From a virus: a stretch of 64,000 nucleotides of DNA. The notes under the pieces were generated by a model. That model did not search any database. It worked only from the letters and a program-made list of their open reading frames with translations, and was not told where the DNA came from. The position numbers were made by a program, and so were the translations under genes. The stretch's first letter is position 1. Each line of letters begins with the position of its first letter. Location of the stretch: the IMG/VR virus record IMGVR_UViG_3300045988_153208. One strand, given 5' to 3'. Shown one piece after another: positions 1 to 9,993 of this stretch.

Positions 1-465
1 TATGCCTATGCTGAGAAGTATACTGAGAATGGTGAGGCTAAGGTCCGCTTGGTTCTACGTTCTCCTGATAATAGTGCTGAGACTGGATGCCGTTTCCGCT
101 ATATCGAGCCTGTAATTGAATTTACTTATGAGAATTTGGTAAATGCTCTAAATAAGGCTATTGATAAAGAAGCGGGAATGCATGATAATAAGTTTGTTAC
201 TGATGCTCGTGATGTAGTATCTATTGCAAAAACTTATGATTATGATGCTCTACGTGAAGAGTTCCAGGATTTGGTTGGTACTTTAATGGCTAAGAATCAG
301 GCATATTACACTCCCCGTGTTACTCAGATTGTTGATAAATATTTGGGTAAAGGTAAGAAAGTTAATGATGCGACAATTGATCAGGCTGAATTGATTGATT
401 TGATTGTAACTGAAATTAAAGAAGATTTGATGCCAACAATTGAAGCAAAAACCATTACTGAATAA
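1..465 (+). CDS. 3' part of a hypothetical protein, truncated by the window start
   Basis: The frame is open from nt 1 and stops at TAA 463-465. There is no in-frame TAG, and GC is higher than in the surrounding sequence. A hairpin terminator follows. Confidence 0.5.
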   Translation, partial: YAYAEKYTENGEAKVRLVLRSPDNSAETGCRFRYIEPVIEFTYENLVNALNKAIDKEAGMHDNKFVTDARDVVSIAKTYDYDALREEFQDLVGTLMAKNQAYYTPRVTQIVDKYLGKGKKVNDATIDQAELIDLIVTEIKEDLMPTIEAKTITE

Positions 466-475
466 TTAATATTGA

Positions 476-512
476 CCTGAGGCGAACTCAAATCCGCCTC
501 AGGTTGATTTTT
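476..512 (+). terminator. Rho-independent terminator
   Basis: Perfect 9-bp stem cctgaggcg/cgcctcagg with a 9-nt loop, followed by a T-rich run, directly after the TAA stop. Confidence 0.7.
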
Positions 513-532
513 ATCCATTTTTATGATATAAT
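504..532 (+). promoter_or_regulatory. Sigma70-like promoter with extended -10
   Basis: -35 TTGATT at 504-509, a 17-nt spacer, then TGaTATAAT at 524-532 (extended -10 of the TGnTATAAT type). Confidence 0.55.
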
Positions 533-562
533 ATTTATATAAGGAAATATTGAAAGGAGTGA

Positions 563-1108
563 TTGAAAATAGCACATAAAGTAAAATGTTTTTATTGTGG
601 ATAGATTTTCGATAGAGATAAATTTCCATATGTTCAAGTTGGAGCTCGTCGTTATGCTCATCCTCAATGTGCTGGTGTCACTTCTGAAGAAGAAATTGTT
701 AAACCTCCAGAAGAGAATAAGGAAAAGGCTGAATTAGAACAATATATAATGAAATTACTTGGAGAAAATTATATTAATCCTCGTGTGCGAAAACAATTAA
801 ATCAATATGTAGAGGAATACAATTATACTTATTCAGGTATGTTAAAAGCCCTTATATATTTTTATGAAGTTAAAGGAAATTCTGTCGAAAAAGCAAATGG
901 TGGAGTTGGTATAATTCCTTGGATATATAAAGATGCTTATAATTATTACTATAACTTATGGATGATAAAACAAAGAAATGAAGATAAAAATATCTCATTA
1001 TATGTTCCACAAGTTCAAGAAATAACTATACCAATACCTCAACGGAAACCCTACAAGAAAAATTTATTTTCATTTTTAGACGAAGAGGAGGGTGTGAATG
1101 GCATCTAA
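563..1108 (+). CDS. Hypothetical Cys-rich (zinc-ribbon-like) protein upstream of the helicase. It is a possible replication initiation or loader protein.
   Basis: The frame is open from the stop at 560-562 to TAA 1106-1108 and carries one in-frame TAG at 602-604. It has a CxxC...HPQC motif. It precedes dnaB and overlaps the dnaB start. The start codon is uncertain (TTG at 563 or a later start). Confidence 0.4.
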
Positions 1109-2630
1109 ATATGTCGACCCAACTGCAATAATGCAAGTGATTGGGTGCGTTTATAATTCACCACAATTACTTGATTTTACTGATAAGTATTCAATAACCG
1201 AAGAAGATTTCCCAGACCCATTTCACAGAGTTGTATTTGGGGCTATTTATAAAATTCATGAATTAGGTGCTGAAAAAGTCACCTTAGAAAATATTAATGA
1301 TTTCTTAGCCTCTCGTCCAAAATATCAAGGTATATATAAAGCAAATAAAGGTGAAGAATGGCTTTTAAATATTACAGATACAGCAAAACCATTATCATTT
1401 GATTATTATTATAGTCGTTTAAAGAAAATGTCTCTATTAAGAGCATATGATAATTATGGTATAGATGTGTCATTTATTTATGACCCTGATAATATTTTAG
1501 ATGTCGAGAAAAAACAATTACAAGAAGATAATTTAGATAATTCATCATTAGAAAATATCGCAAAATTAGTTGATGATAGAATTGAAACGATTAAATATGA
1601 ATATGTAAATAATATAGAAGGTGTAGCAGTTCAAGCAGGTCATGGAATTTTTGATTTGCTCGATTCTCTAAAGGAACATCCAGAAATTGGTTCACCATTA
1701 TACGGACCACTCGTGAATACAGTGACACGTGGAGCCAGACTAAAGAAATTTTATTTGCGTTCAGCCCCTTCTGGTATTGGAAAAACTCGTTCAATGATTG
1801 CTGATGCTTGTAATCTTGGGTGTAATAAAATTTATGATGAAACATTTGGTTGGATTAAAAATGGTATTTGTGAACCAGTTTTATATATCACCACAGAGCA
1901 AGAAATTAATGAAATTCAAACTATGATGTTAGCATTTTTATCAAATGTTAATGAAGAGCATATTTTGAATACAAAATTATATGTTGGTGATGAAGAAGAG
2001 CGAGTATTAGAAGCTGGTAAAATTATTGCTTCTAGTCCTATTTATATTCGTGAATTACCTGATTTTTCTCTGATGGATGTTGAGAATGAAATTAAAAAAG
2101 GTATTCGCGACCATGAAGTAAAATATGTATTTCATGATTATATTCATACAAGTTTAAAAATTCTTGAAGAAATTACTCGTCGTAGTGGTGGTGTTAAATT
2201 ACGCGAAGATAATATCTTATTTATGTTATCAACTAAATTAAAAGATATTTGTAATCAATATGGCGTATTTATTATGTCTGCTACTTAGTTAAATGGTGCA
2301 TATCAAGATGCTGAAACACCAGACCAAAATCTATTACGAGGAGCAAAAGCTATCGCTGATAAAATTGACTATGGTTCAATTTTATTACCAGTAAAAGATG
2401 ATGATTTAGTAGCATTAAATGATATTTTGCAAACAAATATTTTTGAAATTCCAACAATAAAAATGTCAGTCTATAAAAATAGACGTGGAAGATATAAGGG
2501 TGTATATTTGTGGTGCAAAGCAGATTTAGGAACTTGTAGAATTAAACCTATGTTTTGTACTACTTATGGATATGAGTTAGTTCCAATAGATGATATAAAA
2601 ATTAATTTTGATGAAGAGAGCGCGTTTTGA
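1098..2630 (+). CDS. dnaB: Replicative DNA helicase, DnaB-like
   Basis: A DnaB N-terminal domain-like region is followed by the Walker A motif SAPSGIGKT. The gene continues in frame through TAG 2286-2288 to TGA 2628-2630. The TAG falls at the conserved Gln of the helicase 'SQLNR' motif (FIMSAT-TAG-LNG). Confidence 0.8.
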
Positions 2631-2693
2631 GCGGACAAAATTCATTAAAATGCTCTCTATTTCTCTTAAAAATAAGAGAAGGAGATGAAAAAG

Positions 2694-3389
2694 ATGGTTG
2701 ATTTAACAGGTCAAGTTTTTAATAGATTAACTGTATTAAAATTAGACACAGAACGAAAATCAAAAAATAAATATTGGATTTGTCAATGCTCTTGTGGAAA
2801 TATTAAAAGTATTTAGCATAGTAATTTAATATCAGGATTAACTCAGTCTTGTGGATGTTTACATAAAGAAAAAATTTCACATACCTTAATTGGTTAGAAA
2901 TTTGGTAAATTAACAGTTATAAAAGACACTGGAAAACGAACTAATAATAGAGGTATTATTTGGGAATGCCAATGTGATTGTGGAAAAATAACTGAAGTAT
3001 CTACAAATAATTTAAAATAGAATAATACTATGTCTTGTGGTTGTATGAAGCAATCTCACGGCGAATATCTTATTGAGACTATTCTTAAAACAAATAATAT
3101 TAAATATAAAAAAGAATATGTTTTTCTTGATTTATTATCTCCTAAAAATGGATACTTAAGATTTGATTTTGCTATTTTAGATGATTAGGATAATGTAAAA
3201 AAATTAATTGAGTATGATGGAGAAACACATTCAATAAATTATATGGGTGGATGGAATACAAAAGAAAAAATTAAATATCAATAGTTATGTGATACATTAA
3301 AAGATAATTATTGTGATACTCATAATATCCCATTAATTAGAGTTTCATATTTAAATAAAAGCAATGAATTAGAAAAATTAATTCTATAA
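2694..3389 (+). CDS. Putative endonuclease with tandem zinc-ribbon repeats and a C-terminal Vsr/PD-(D/E)xK-like domain. This is a homing-endonuclease-like insertion between dnaB and the primase.
   Basis: RBS AGAAGGAG precedes the start, and the frame runs to TAA 3387-3389 with 5 in-frame TAG codons. The N-terminal half has three repeats of FxxLTV...WxCxCxCG...SCGC. The C-terminus reads EYDGETHS...IPLIRVSY, typical of DUF559/Vsr-like nucleases. Confidence 0.5.
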
Positions 3390-3401
3390 GGAGAATAATT
3401 A

Positions 3402-3566
3402 TGGAAAAAGCTGGTCAGATTGAGTATAAAATGTCTAAGCGTCAAGCTACAGAGCTGATTAAAAATTACAAGGGGCCTCGTAAGAATCCACAGGATATTT
3501 TGATTGAATATGTAAATACTAATTTAAATCTTCTGCGCAAATGCGTGAAAGTGATTGTTGATTAAT
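3402..3566 (+). CDS. Small hypothetical protein (54 aa)
   Basis: RBS GGAG precedes an ATG at 3402. The gene overlaps the primase start (TAATG). Confidence 0.4.
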
Positions 3567-4668
3567 GGTTGTATTCGACAAGTCAGAAATCCGGGAAAAA
3601 CTTACTACCGATAATATTTATGACTTGTTGTTAGAATGGGGAGGCGATCCTGAGTATAATGAAACTGGGATCGTCTCTTCAACTATTTGTCATAATATGC
3701 CTGGTGAAGGTAGTAAAAAACTCTATTATTATGAAAATACTGGATTGTTTAAATGTTATACCGGATGCGATGCTACATTTGATGTATTTGAATTATGCAC
3801 GAAAGTAATGCGTATTCAACATGAACGAGAATTTGATTTAAACTCAGCAGTTTTATGGGTAGCTCATCGTTTTGGTTTAGGTGGAACAATTCAAGAATTA
3901 GATGAAGCCAAAACTCTTGAAGATTGGAAAATTTTTAATGAATATAGTCGTATTCAAAGTATTGAGAAGAAAACTAATCAAATAATATTAAAAACTTATG
4001 ATGAAAAAATTTTAACAAGATTTAATTATAAAGTTCAATTAACACCTTGGTTAGATGAAGGTATCTCACAAGAAGCATTAAATGCTGCTAAAATTGGTTT
4101 TTATCCAGGAGGCGACCAAATAACAATTCCACATTATGATATTGATGGACGATTTATTGGTTTGCGCGGGCGATCATTATGTAAAGAAGAGTGTGAATTA
4201 TATGGAAAATATCGACCCATTCATTTAAATAATCAATGGTATAGCCATCCTCTTGGTATGAATTTATATAACTTAAATCTGAGCAAAAATGCTATAAAGA
4301 CATTTAAAAAAGCAATAGTATTTGAAGGAGAAAAATCTGTTTTAAAATATAAAACTTATTTTGGTCTTAATAATGATATATCTGTGGCCTGTTGCGGGAG
4401 TAATTTATCTAGCTATCAAGTTCAATTATTATTAGACTGTGGAGTTGAAGAAATTATTATTGCATTCGATAGACAGTTTAAAGAACTTGGTGATGATGAA
4501 TTTAAACATCTTAAATTAAATTTATTAAAAGCAAGAAGTAAATTTAAAAATTATGCTACAATATCATTTATGTTTGATAAAACAGGATTGCTTGGCTATA
4601 AGGATTCACCAATCGATGATGGTAAAGATATTTTCTTGAAACTATTTAAAGAAAGGATTATAATATAA
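3565..4668 (+). CDS. dnaG: DNA primase, DnaG-like (CHC2 zinc finger plus Toprim)
   Basis: Intact 367-aa ORF with no TAG. It has the zinc-binding motif CHNMPGEG...CYTGCDATFDVFELC and a Toprim-like IVFEGEKSVLK segment. Confidence 0.7.
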   Translation: MVVFDKSEIREKLTTDNIYDLLLEWGGDPEYNETGIVSSTICHNMPGEGSKKLYYYENTGLFKCYTGCDATFDVFELCTKVMRIQHEREFDLNSAVLWVAHRFGLGGTIQELDEAKTLEDWKIFNEYSRIQSIEKKTNQIILKTYDEKILTRFNYKVQLTPWLDEGISQEALNAAKIGFYPGGDQITIPHYDIDGRFIGLRGRSLCKEECELYGKYRPIHLNNQWYSHPLGMNLYNLNLSKNAIKTFKKAIVFEGEKSVLKYKTYFGLNNDISVACCGSNLSSYQVQLLLDCGVEEIIIAFDRQFKELGDDEFKHLKLNLLKARSKFKNYATISFMFDKTGLLGYKDSPIDDGKDIFLKLFKERIII

Positions 4669-4844
4669 TGAACGAATTACATTGGAATAAATATAATGCA
4701 GCCGCAGATTTAGATCCATTCCCAGATATAAGATATCAATGTCCATTATGTTATAAAAGTTTTAAAGAAGAATATGATAAATGTCCCAACTGTGGAAAAG
4801 TAATAAAAGGAGAATCACAATATGAAAGGTATCGTTTGGGGTAA
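4668..4844 (+). CDS. Small zinc-ribbon protein (58 aa)
   Basis: Contains CPLC...CPNCG. Its ATG overlaps the primase TAA. Confidence 0.45.
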   Translation: MNELHWNKYNAAADLDPFPDIRYQCPLCYKSFKEEYDKCPNCGKVIKGESQYERYRLG

Positions 4845-5088
4845 TCGTTGGATTTCAGCAGTAAATAAATTAGATTAGATAGCACTAAAATATGAATATC
4901 TCCATATTAGCCCTATTCAAATAATTAAAACTAAAAATGAATATACAATTGCTTATGAAAATGGAGATAATTGGCGAGCTATACGAGGTAATACTAATAG
5001 TCGAGGATATAAATGTAATATTTCTTATATTGATCGTGAAATTGCTGATGATATTGTTGATACTATTATTAAACCTTGTACCACTTGA
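4822..5088 (+). CDS. Hypothetical protein (88 aa)
   Basis: ATG at 4822 overlaps the upstream gene. The frame has one in-frame TAG and ends at TGA 5086-5088. Confidence 0.4.
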
Positions 5089-5206
5089 TTTTCCTTATCA
5101 TGGGTTTGAATATTATTATCCAGAAAAGGACTGATATAAATAATAAATTTAATAAAAAAATTAAAATATATAGGTAGTGATTTAATGAAAGGAGGGTGAC
5201 TATTCT

Positions 5207-6952
5207 ATGGAATACCGCCTAAGAGCACCCGAGTTCCCGATATATACAGCGGTAGAACAAGTGCTAGTAAATCGTGGAATACCCTACGATTAGATTAATC
5301 ATTATTTAAACACTACTGATAATGACATTTTAGACCCTCGGTTAATACCGCACTTGGATGAAGGCGCTAAAATGCTTATTAAACATATTTCACAAAATGA
5401 CAAAGTTCTGATATAGATAGATAGTGATTGTGATGGATATACTTCTGCCGCATTACTAATGAATTATCTATATTGTCTATTTCCCAGTTTTGTGAATAAT
5501 AACATTTCTTATCGTGTCCATATGGGAAAACAGCACGGCATCATTCCAGATACAATTCCGGAAGATGTTAAATTAGTAATCGCTCCAGATTCAAGTTCAA
5601 ATGATTATGAAGCCCATGAATATTTAAATTTGAGTGGAGTTGACGTGCTGGTAATAGACCACCATGAAGCTGATCACATTTCTGAGTATGCTTGTATAAT
5701 TAATAATTAGTTATGTGATTATCCCACTAAATCATTATCTGGTGTAGCAATGGTCTGGAAATTTTGTTGCTATATTGATATGTTATTAAAGACTGACCAT
5801 GCGTAGAAGTTTTTAGATTTAGTGGCTCTTGGATTGGTGGCTGACATGATGGATGTGCGAGATTTTGAAACAAGAAGATTAATAGATAAAGGACTTCAAC
5901 AAATCCGCAATCCTTACTTCAGAGGTGCGATTGATAAAGACCAATTTCATTTTACAAATGAGATTACACCTATTGGAGTAGCTTTTTATATTGCTCCATT
6001 AATTAACGCGACAACTCGCGTCGGAACGCAAGAAGAAAAGCTCATGCTATTTGAATCAATGCTTGATTTTCGGGGATACGAACTTGTCCCATCAACGAAA
6101 CGTGGATGTAAAGGTCAAGCAGAGACGAGAGTAGAACAAGCTTGTCGAAATTGTACCAATATTAAAAGTAGACAAACCAAAATTCGAGACAATAGCTTGG
6201 AAAGAATTGAATAGATAATCGTAAATCAAAATTTATTGAGTAATAAAATCTTAATCGTTCAATTAGATGATTTGATTACTGACCGCAACCTAACTGGATT
6301 AATAGCAAATCAATTAATGAGTGAATATCAAAGACCTGTTTTAATCTTAAATAAAATTGAAAATGAAGATGGTACAATAACTTGGGAAGGGTCTGGTAGA
6401 GGATACGACAAATCTCGATTGAAAGATTTTAGAGGATTTTTAGAAAATAATAAATACGTTATGTATGCTGAAGGTCATGCTAATGCATTTGGTATTGGCA
6501 TTAAAGATGAAGATATTAGCGCATTTATTGCATCTACAAATTCTGCTCTAGATGGTTTTGATTTCACCCCAATCTATAATGTAGATTTTATCTACAAATC
6601 AGATGAGCTGACTCCTGATGAAGTTATTGACATCGCAGGAATGAAAAGCTTATGGGGCCAAGGAGTAGAAGAAGCTGAAATTGCTGTAGAAGGTATTAAA
6701 GTCCACAAGGACAATATACGTATTCTATCGCCAGATAAAAATCCTACTCTAAAGATAATGTTGCCTAACGGCATCAATTTTATGAAGTTTAGGTCGTCTG
6801 AAGAGGAATATGATAAACTATATTCTGAATTAGGTTATGTGACAATTAATATCGTTGGTGAATGCGAACGAAATATTTGGAATAATAAAATTAGTCCTCA
6901 AGTTATGATTAAAGATTACGAAATTGTAGATAGGGCAAATTATTATTTTTAA
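5207..6952 (+). CDS. recJ: RecJ-like DHH-family single-strand DNA exonuclease
   Basis: RBS AAAGGAGGG precedes ATG 5207. A single frame runs through four TAG codons to TAA 6950-6952 and merges track ORFs 5459-5710, 5822-6214 and 6236-6952. It has DHH motif I (IDSDCDGYTSAALL), the VIDHHE motif, and a DHHA1-like YAEGHANAFG motif. Confidence 0.7.
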
Positions 6953-7005
6953 TAATTGACACTTACGACTAATAGACCAAAAACCTATTAGGAGGAATTA
7001 CAATT

Positions 7006-7836
7006 ATGAAAAATACTATTTTGAATAAATGGCTGATTGCATTAAGCTGTGTATTAATTATTGGATGCAGCGTTAAAATCGTTGAAGCGTCAGCTATTAC
7101 TCGAAATGCACTTTCGGAAGCTTACATCCCTTCTGAAATGTCTTCTGTGGTAGATCTTACTACTACTATTGAGTATAAACAAATTAGAAATATATCTAAA
7201 ACAGAAGATACACAAGAATTAAGAACACTAATCCAAGAGTGTAAAACATTAAAAGAATCCGCTGAACAAATGCTAGTATTGGCTGATAATTTAGGATACA
7301 CTGATAAACATCCAGTAGTTAAGACAACAACCGCTGAAATTGAACAATTAAATGAATTGATTACAATTTATGAAAATCGGTTAGAACAAAAATGTTGGGA
7401 AATTCGAATTGAGAAATATCCAACTGCTTCTAGTATTTGGCTATATTTAAGCGATCAAGGATATAGCGATGAAATATGCGCGGGTATCCTTGGCAATATA
7501 ATGGCTGAGGTTGGTGGGCATACTTTAGATATTGAACATACTACCAATACTCATCCAGGATATTATGGCATATGTCAATGGAGTTTAAAATATAGTAATA
7601 CTAAAGGTATGAATTTATCTGAACAATGTCAATATTTAGTTGAAACTATTGAAAATGAATTTAATTCATTTGGTAGTGAATATAAATCAGGATTTGATTA
7701 TGATGATTTTATTGAAATGACTGATATTGAAGAAATTGCTTTAGCATTTGCTAAATGTTATGAACGCTGTGGATCAGGTTCTTATGATGTGAGACAATCA
7801 AATGCTTTAATCGCTTTTGAATATTTTGCATCTTAA
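7006..7836 (+). CDS. Secreted lipoprotein with a C-terminal lysozyme-like (lytic transglycosylase-like) domain. It is a candidate peptidoglycan hydrolase or endolysin.
   Basis: Signal peptide with lipobox (LIIGC), no TAG. The C-terminal GILGNIMAEVGGH...YYGICQWS resembles the E...GAxGLMQ catalytic region of SLT/GH23 enzymes. Confidence 0.4.
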   Translation: MKNTILNKWLIALSCVLIIGCSVKIVEASAITRNALSEAYIPSEMSSVVDLTTTIEYKQIRNISKTEDTQELRTLIQECKTLKESAEQMLVLADNLGYTDKHPVVKTTTAEIEQLNELITIYENRLEQKCWEIRIEKYPTASSIWLYLSDQGYSDEICAGILGNIMAEVGGHTLDIEHTTNTHPGYYGICQWSLKYSNTKGMNLSEQCQYLVETIENEFNSFGSEYKSGFDYDDFIEMTDIEEIALAFAKCYERCGSGSYDVRQSNALIAFEYFAS

Positions 7837-7844
7837 TTATATAT

Positions 7845-7885
7845 GGTTATATGGAGAGGTATTTCTCCATATAACCCTTATTTTC
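7845..7885 (+). terminator. Hairpin terminator
   Basis: 13-bp perfect inverted repeat ggttatatggaga/tctccatataacc, followed by a T-rich run. Confidence 0.5.
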
Positions 7886-7900
7886 ATTTATGGAGATAAT

Positions 7901-8104
7901 ATGACAGAATTTAAATCAGCTTGGGATATCGCTCAAGACTTACATAATTTACTATATAATACAGAAAAATCTGATAATGAGATATATAATGAAGTATTTG
8001 AAATTAGTAAAATTTTCGCAAAGACATTCCTTACAACACCAGAAGATTTCGCTCGGTCGTTTATGGCTCTAAGAACCGAAATCCAAAATGAAAAAGTGAT
8101 TTAA
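7901..8104 (+). CDS. Small hypothetical protein (67 aa)
   Basis: RBS GGAGATAAT precedes ATG 7901. The track's upstream start at 7817 lies inside the terminator hairpin and is unlikely. Confidence 0.4.
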   Translation: MTEFKSAWDIAQDLHNLLYNTEKSDNEIYNEVFEISKIFAKTFLTTPEDFARSFMALRTEIQNEKVI

Positions 8105-8132
8105 AAATTTTTATACCAAAATGGTGATATAA

Positions 8133-9329
8133 ATGATTTTAACAAATAAGCAAGAACAAGGATTAAAAATAGCAGTAGAACGATATAAAAATAAAGAACG
8201 ATATACAGTAATAGCAGGTTATGCTGGAAGTGGAAAATCGACTCTAATTAAATTTATTATCTCTGCTTTGGGAGTAAATCCAGAAGAAGAAGTTTGTTAT
8301 GTAGCATTTACTGGTAAAGCAGCTACAGTTCTCTAGACTAAAGGTTGCCCAAATGCAACTACTGCTCATTAGTTATTATATAAAGCGCGAATTACACCCA
8401 ATGGAACATATAAATTTTTTCCAAGACCAAGAGAAGAGATAGTACACTATAAAGTAATTGTAGTAGACGAAGTTTCAATGCTTCCTAAAGCTATGTGGGA
8501 ATTGCTCTTATCTCATGGTATCTATATCTTAGCTACTGGAGATCCCGGTCAATTACCACCGATAGTTGATGAAGATAATAATCATGTGCTTGATAATCCA
8601 CACATCTTCCTTGATGAAATTATGCGTCAAGCTCAAGATAGTGAAATTATTAGATTTTCAATGTGGATTCGTGATAACAAACCAATCTCTTCATATAAGG
8701 GTACTGAGGAACAAGTTTTAATTCGATTTAAATGGGATGAAATGCTTCCTTAGATGTATAATTGGGCAGACCAAATTATTTGCTCAACAAATGAAAAACG
8801 AAATGATATTAATCGTATAGTCCGAACTCAAAAAGGATATGACCCAGACCGGCCTTGTATTGGAGATAAATTAATTGGATTACATAACCAATGGGATTTT
8901 ATATCTTCTAATCATACATGGGCGTTAACTAATGGGACTATTGGAACATTAGAAGATTTTTATGTTGAAGACATACGATTCCCATATTGGATTTATAAAA
9001 ATCCTGTACCATTTATGTATGCTCAATTAAGACTTGATGATGATGATACATTTTGTGGAGTTCCTATTGATTATAATCAATTATTAACTGGCAAAAGAAC
9101 ATTTGAAGGAAAACAAATTTATCAAATTAAAAAGAATAAAAATTGTCCTGACCCTCCATTTGATTTTTCATATGCCTATGCTATTACTTGCTGGAAGGCT
9201 CAAGGTAGTGAATATAATAAAGTATTAGGATTTGAAGAAGCTCCACCCTATGATAGAGAAACTCATAAAAAATATTTATATACCTTAGCCACAAGAGCTA
9301 AAGAGAGGCTGGTATTAATTAGGAAATGA
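8133..9329 (+). CDS. SF1 DNA helicase, Dda/RecD-like
   Basis: Walker A AGYAGSGKST, Walker B VVDEVSM, and a GDPGQLPP motif. A single frame runs through three TAG codons (8334, 8370, 8751) to TGA 9327-9329 and merges three track ORFs. Confidence 0.7.
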
Positions 9330-9931
9330 CAAAAATATTAACTATTGATTTTGATATATTAATGTGGGAATCATTGCCTCTATATAATAATTTAGTGCAA
9401 TAGGATTGGAAAACTTTAACTGCTAATTTTAACTTATTAAATTATGTATAGTTTGATGGAGAACTATATAATCGTTTAACTCAAATGATTCTTAGACAAA
9501 CAAAACATATTAAAAAAGAAAATGTGCATTTTATAACTTCACATCATCGAGTAATTAAATATCTTCCATTAAATGATCTTATTGAAATAACTAATATAGA
9601 CCATCATCATGATATTCAATATAATGAAATTGAACCAGAAAATGAATTAAATTGTGGTAATTGGATAAAATATGCTTATGAGCATGGATATGCAATTAAT
9701 CAATATAATTGGATTCATAATGATAATTCTATTTAGTGTCATTTAGATAAAAATAATTATTTATCTAAACAAGATACTATTGAAAATTTTGATTTAACAA
9801 TGGAAGATTATGATATTATAATTATTTGTTTATCTCCACCCTGGGTGCCACCTAAGTACAGACCATTATATAATTGCTGGATTGATATGTTAAATCGGAT
9901 TTATGATACAACATTTGTCGTAGATGATTGA
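9326..9931 (+). CDS. Hypothetical His-rich protein (DHHHD motif)
   Basis: Its ATG overlaps the helicase TGA (ATGA). The frame has three in-frame TAGs and ends at TGA 9929-9931. Confidence 0.4.
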
Positions 9932-9993
9932 TTTATAATAAATTATATAGTATAATATTATTATAAATAAAATAAATAAGAAAGAGGTGGATT

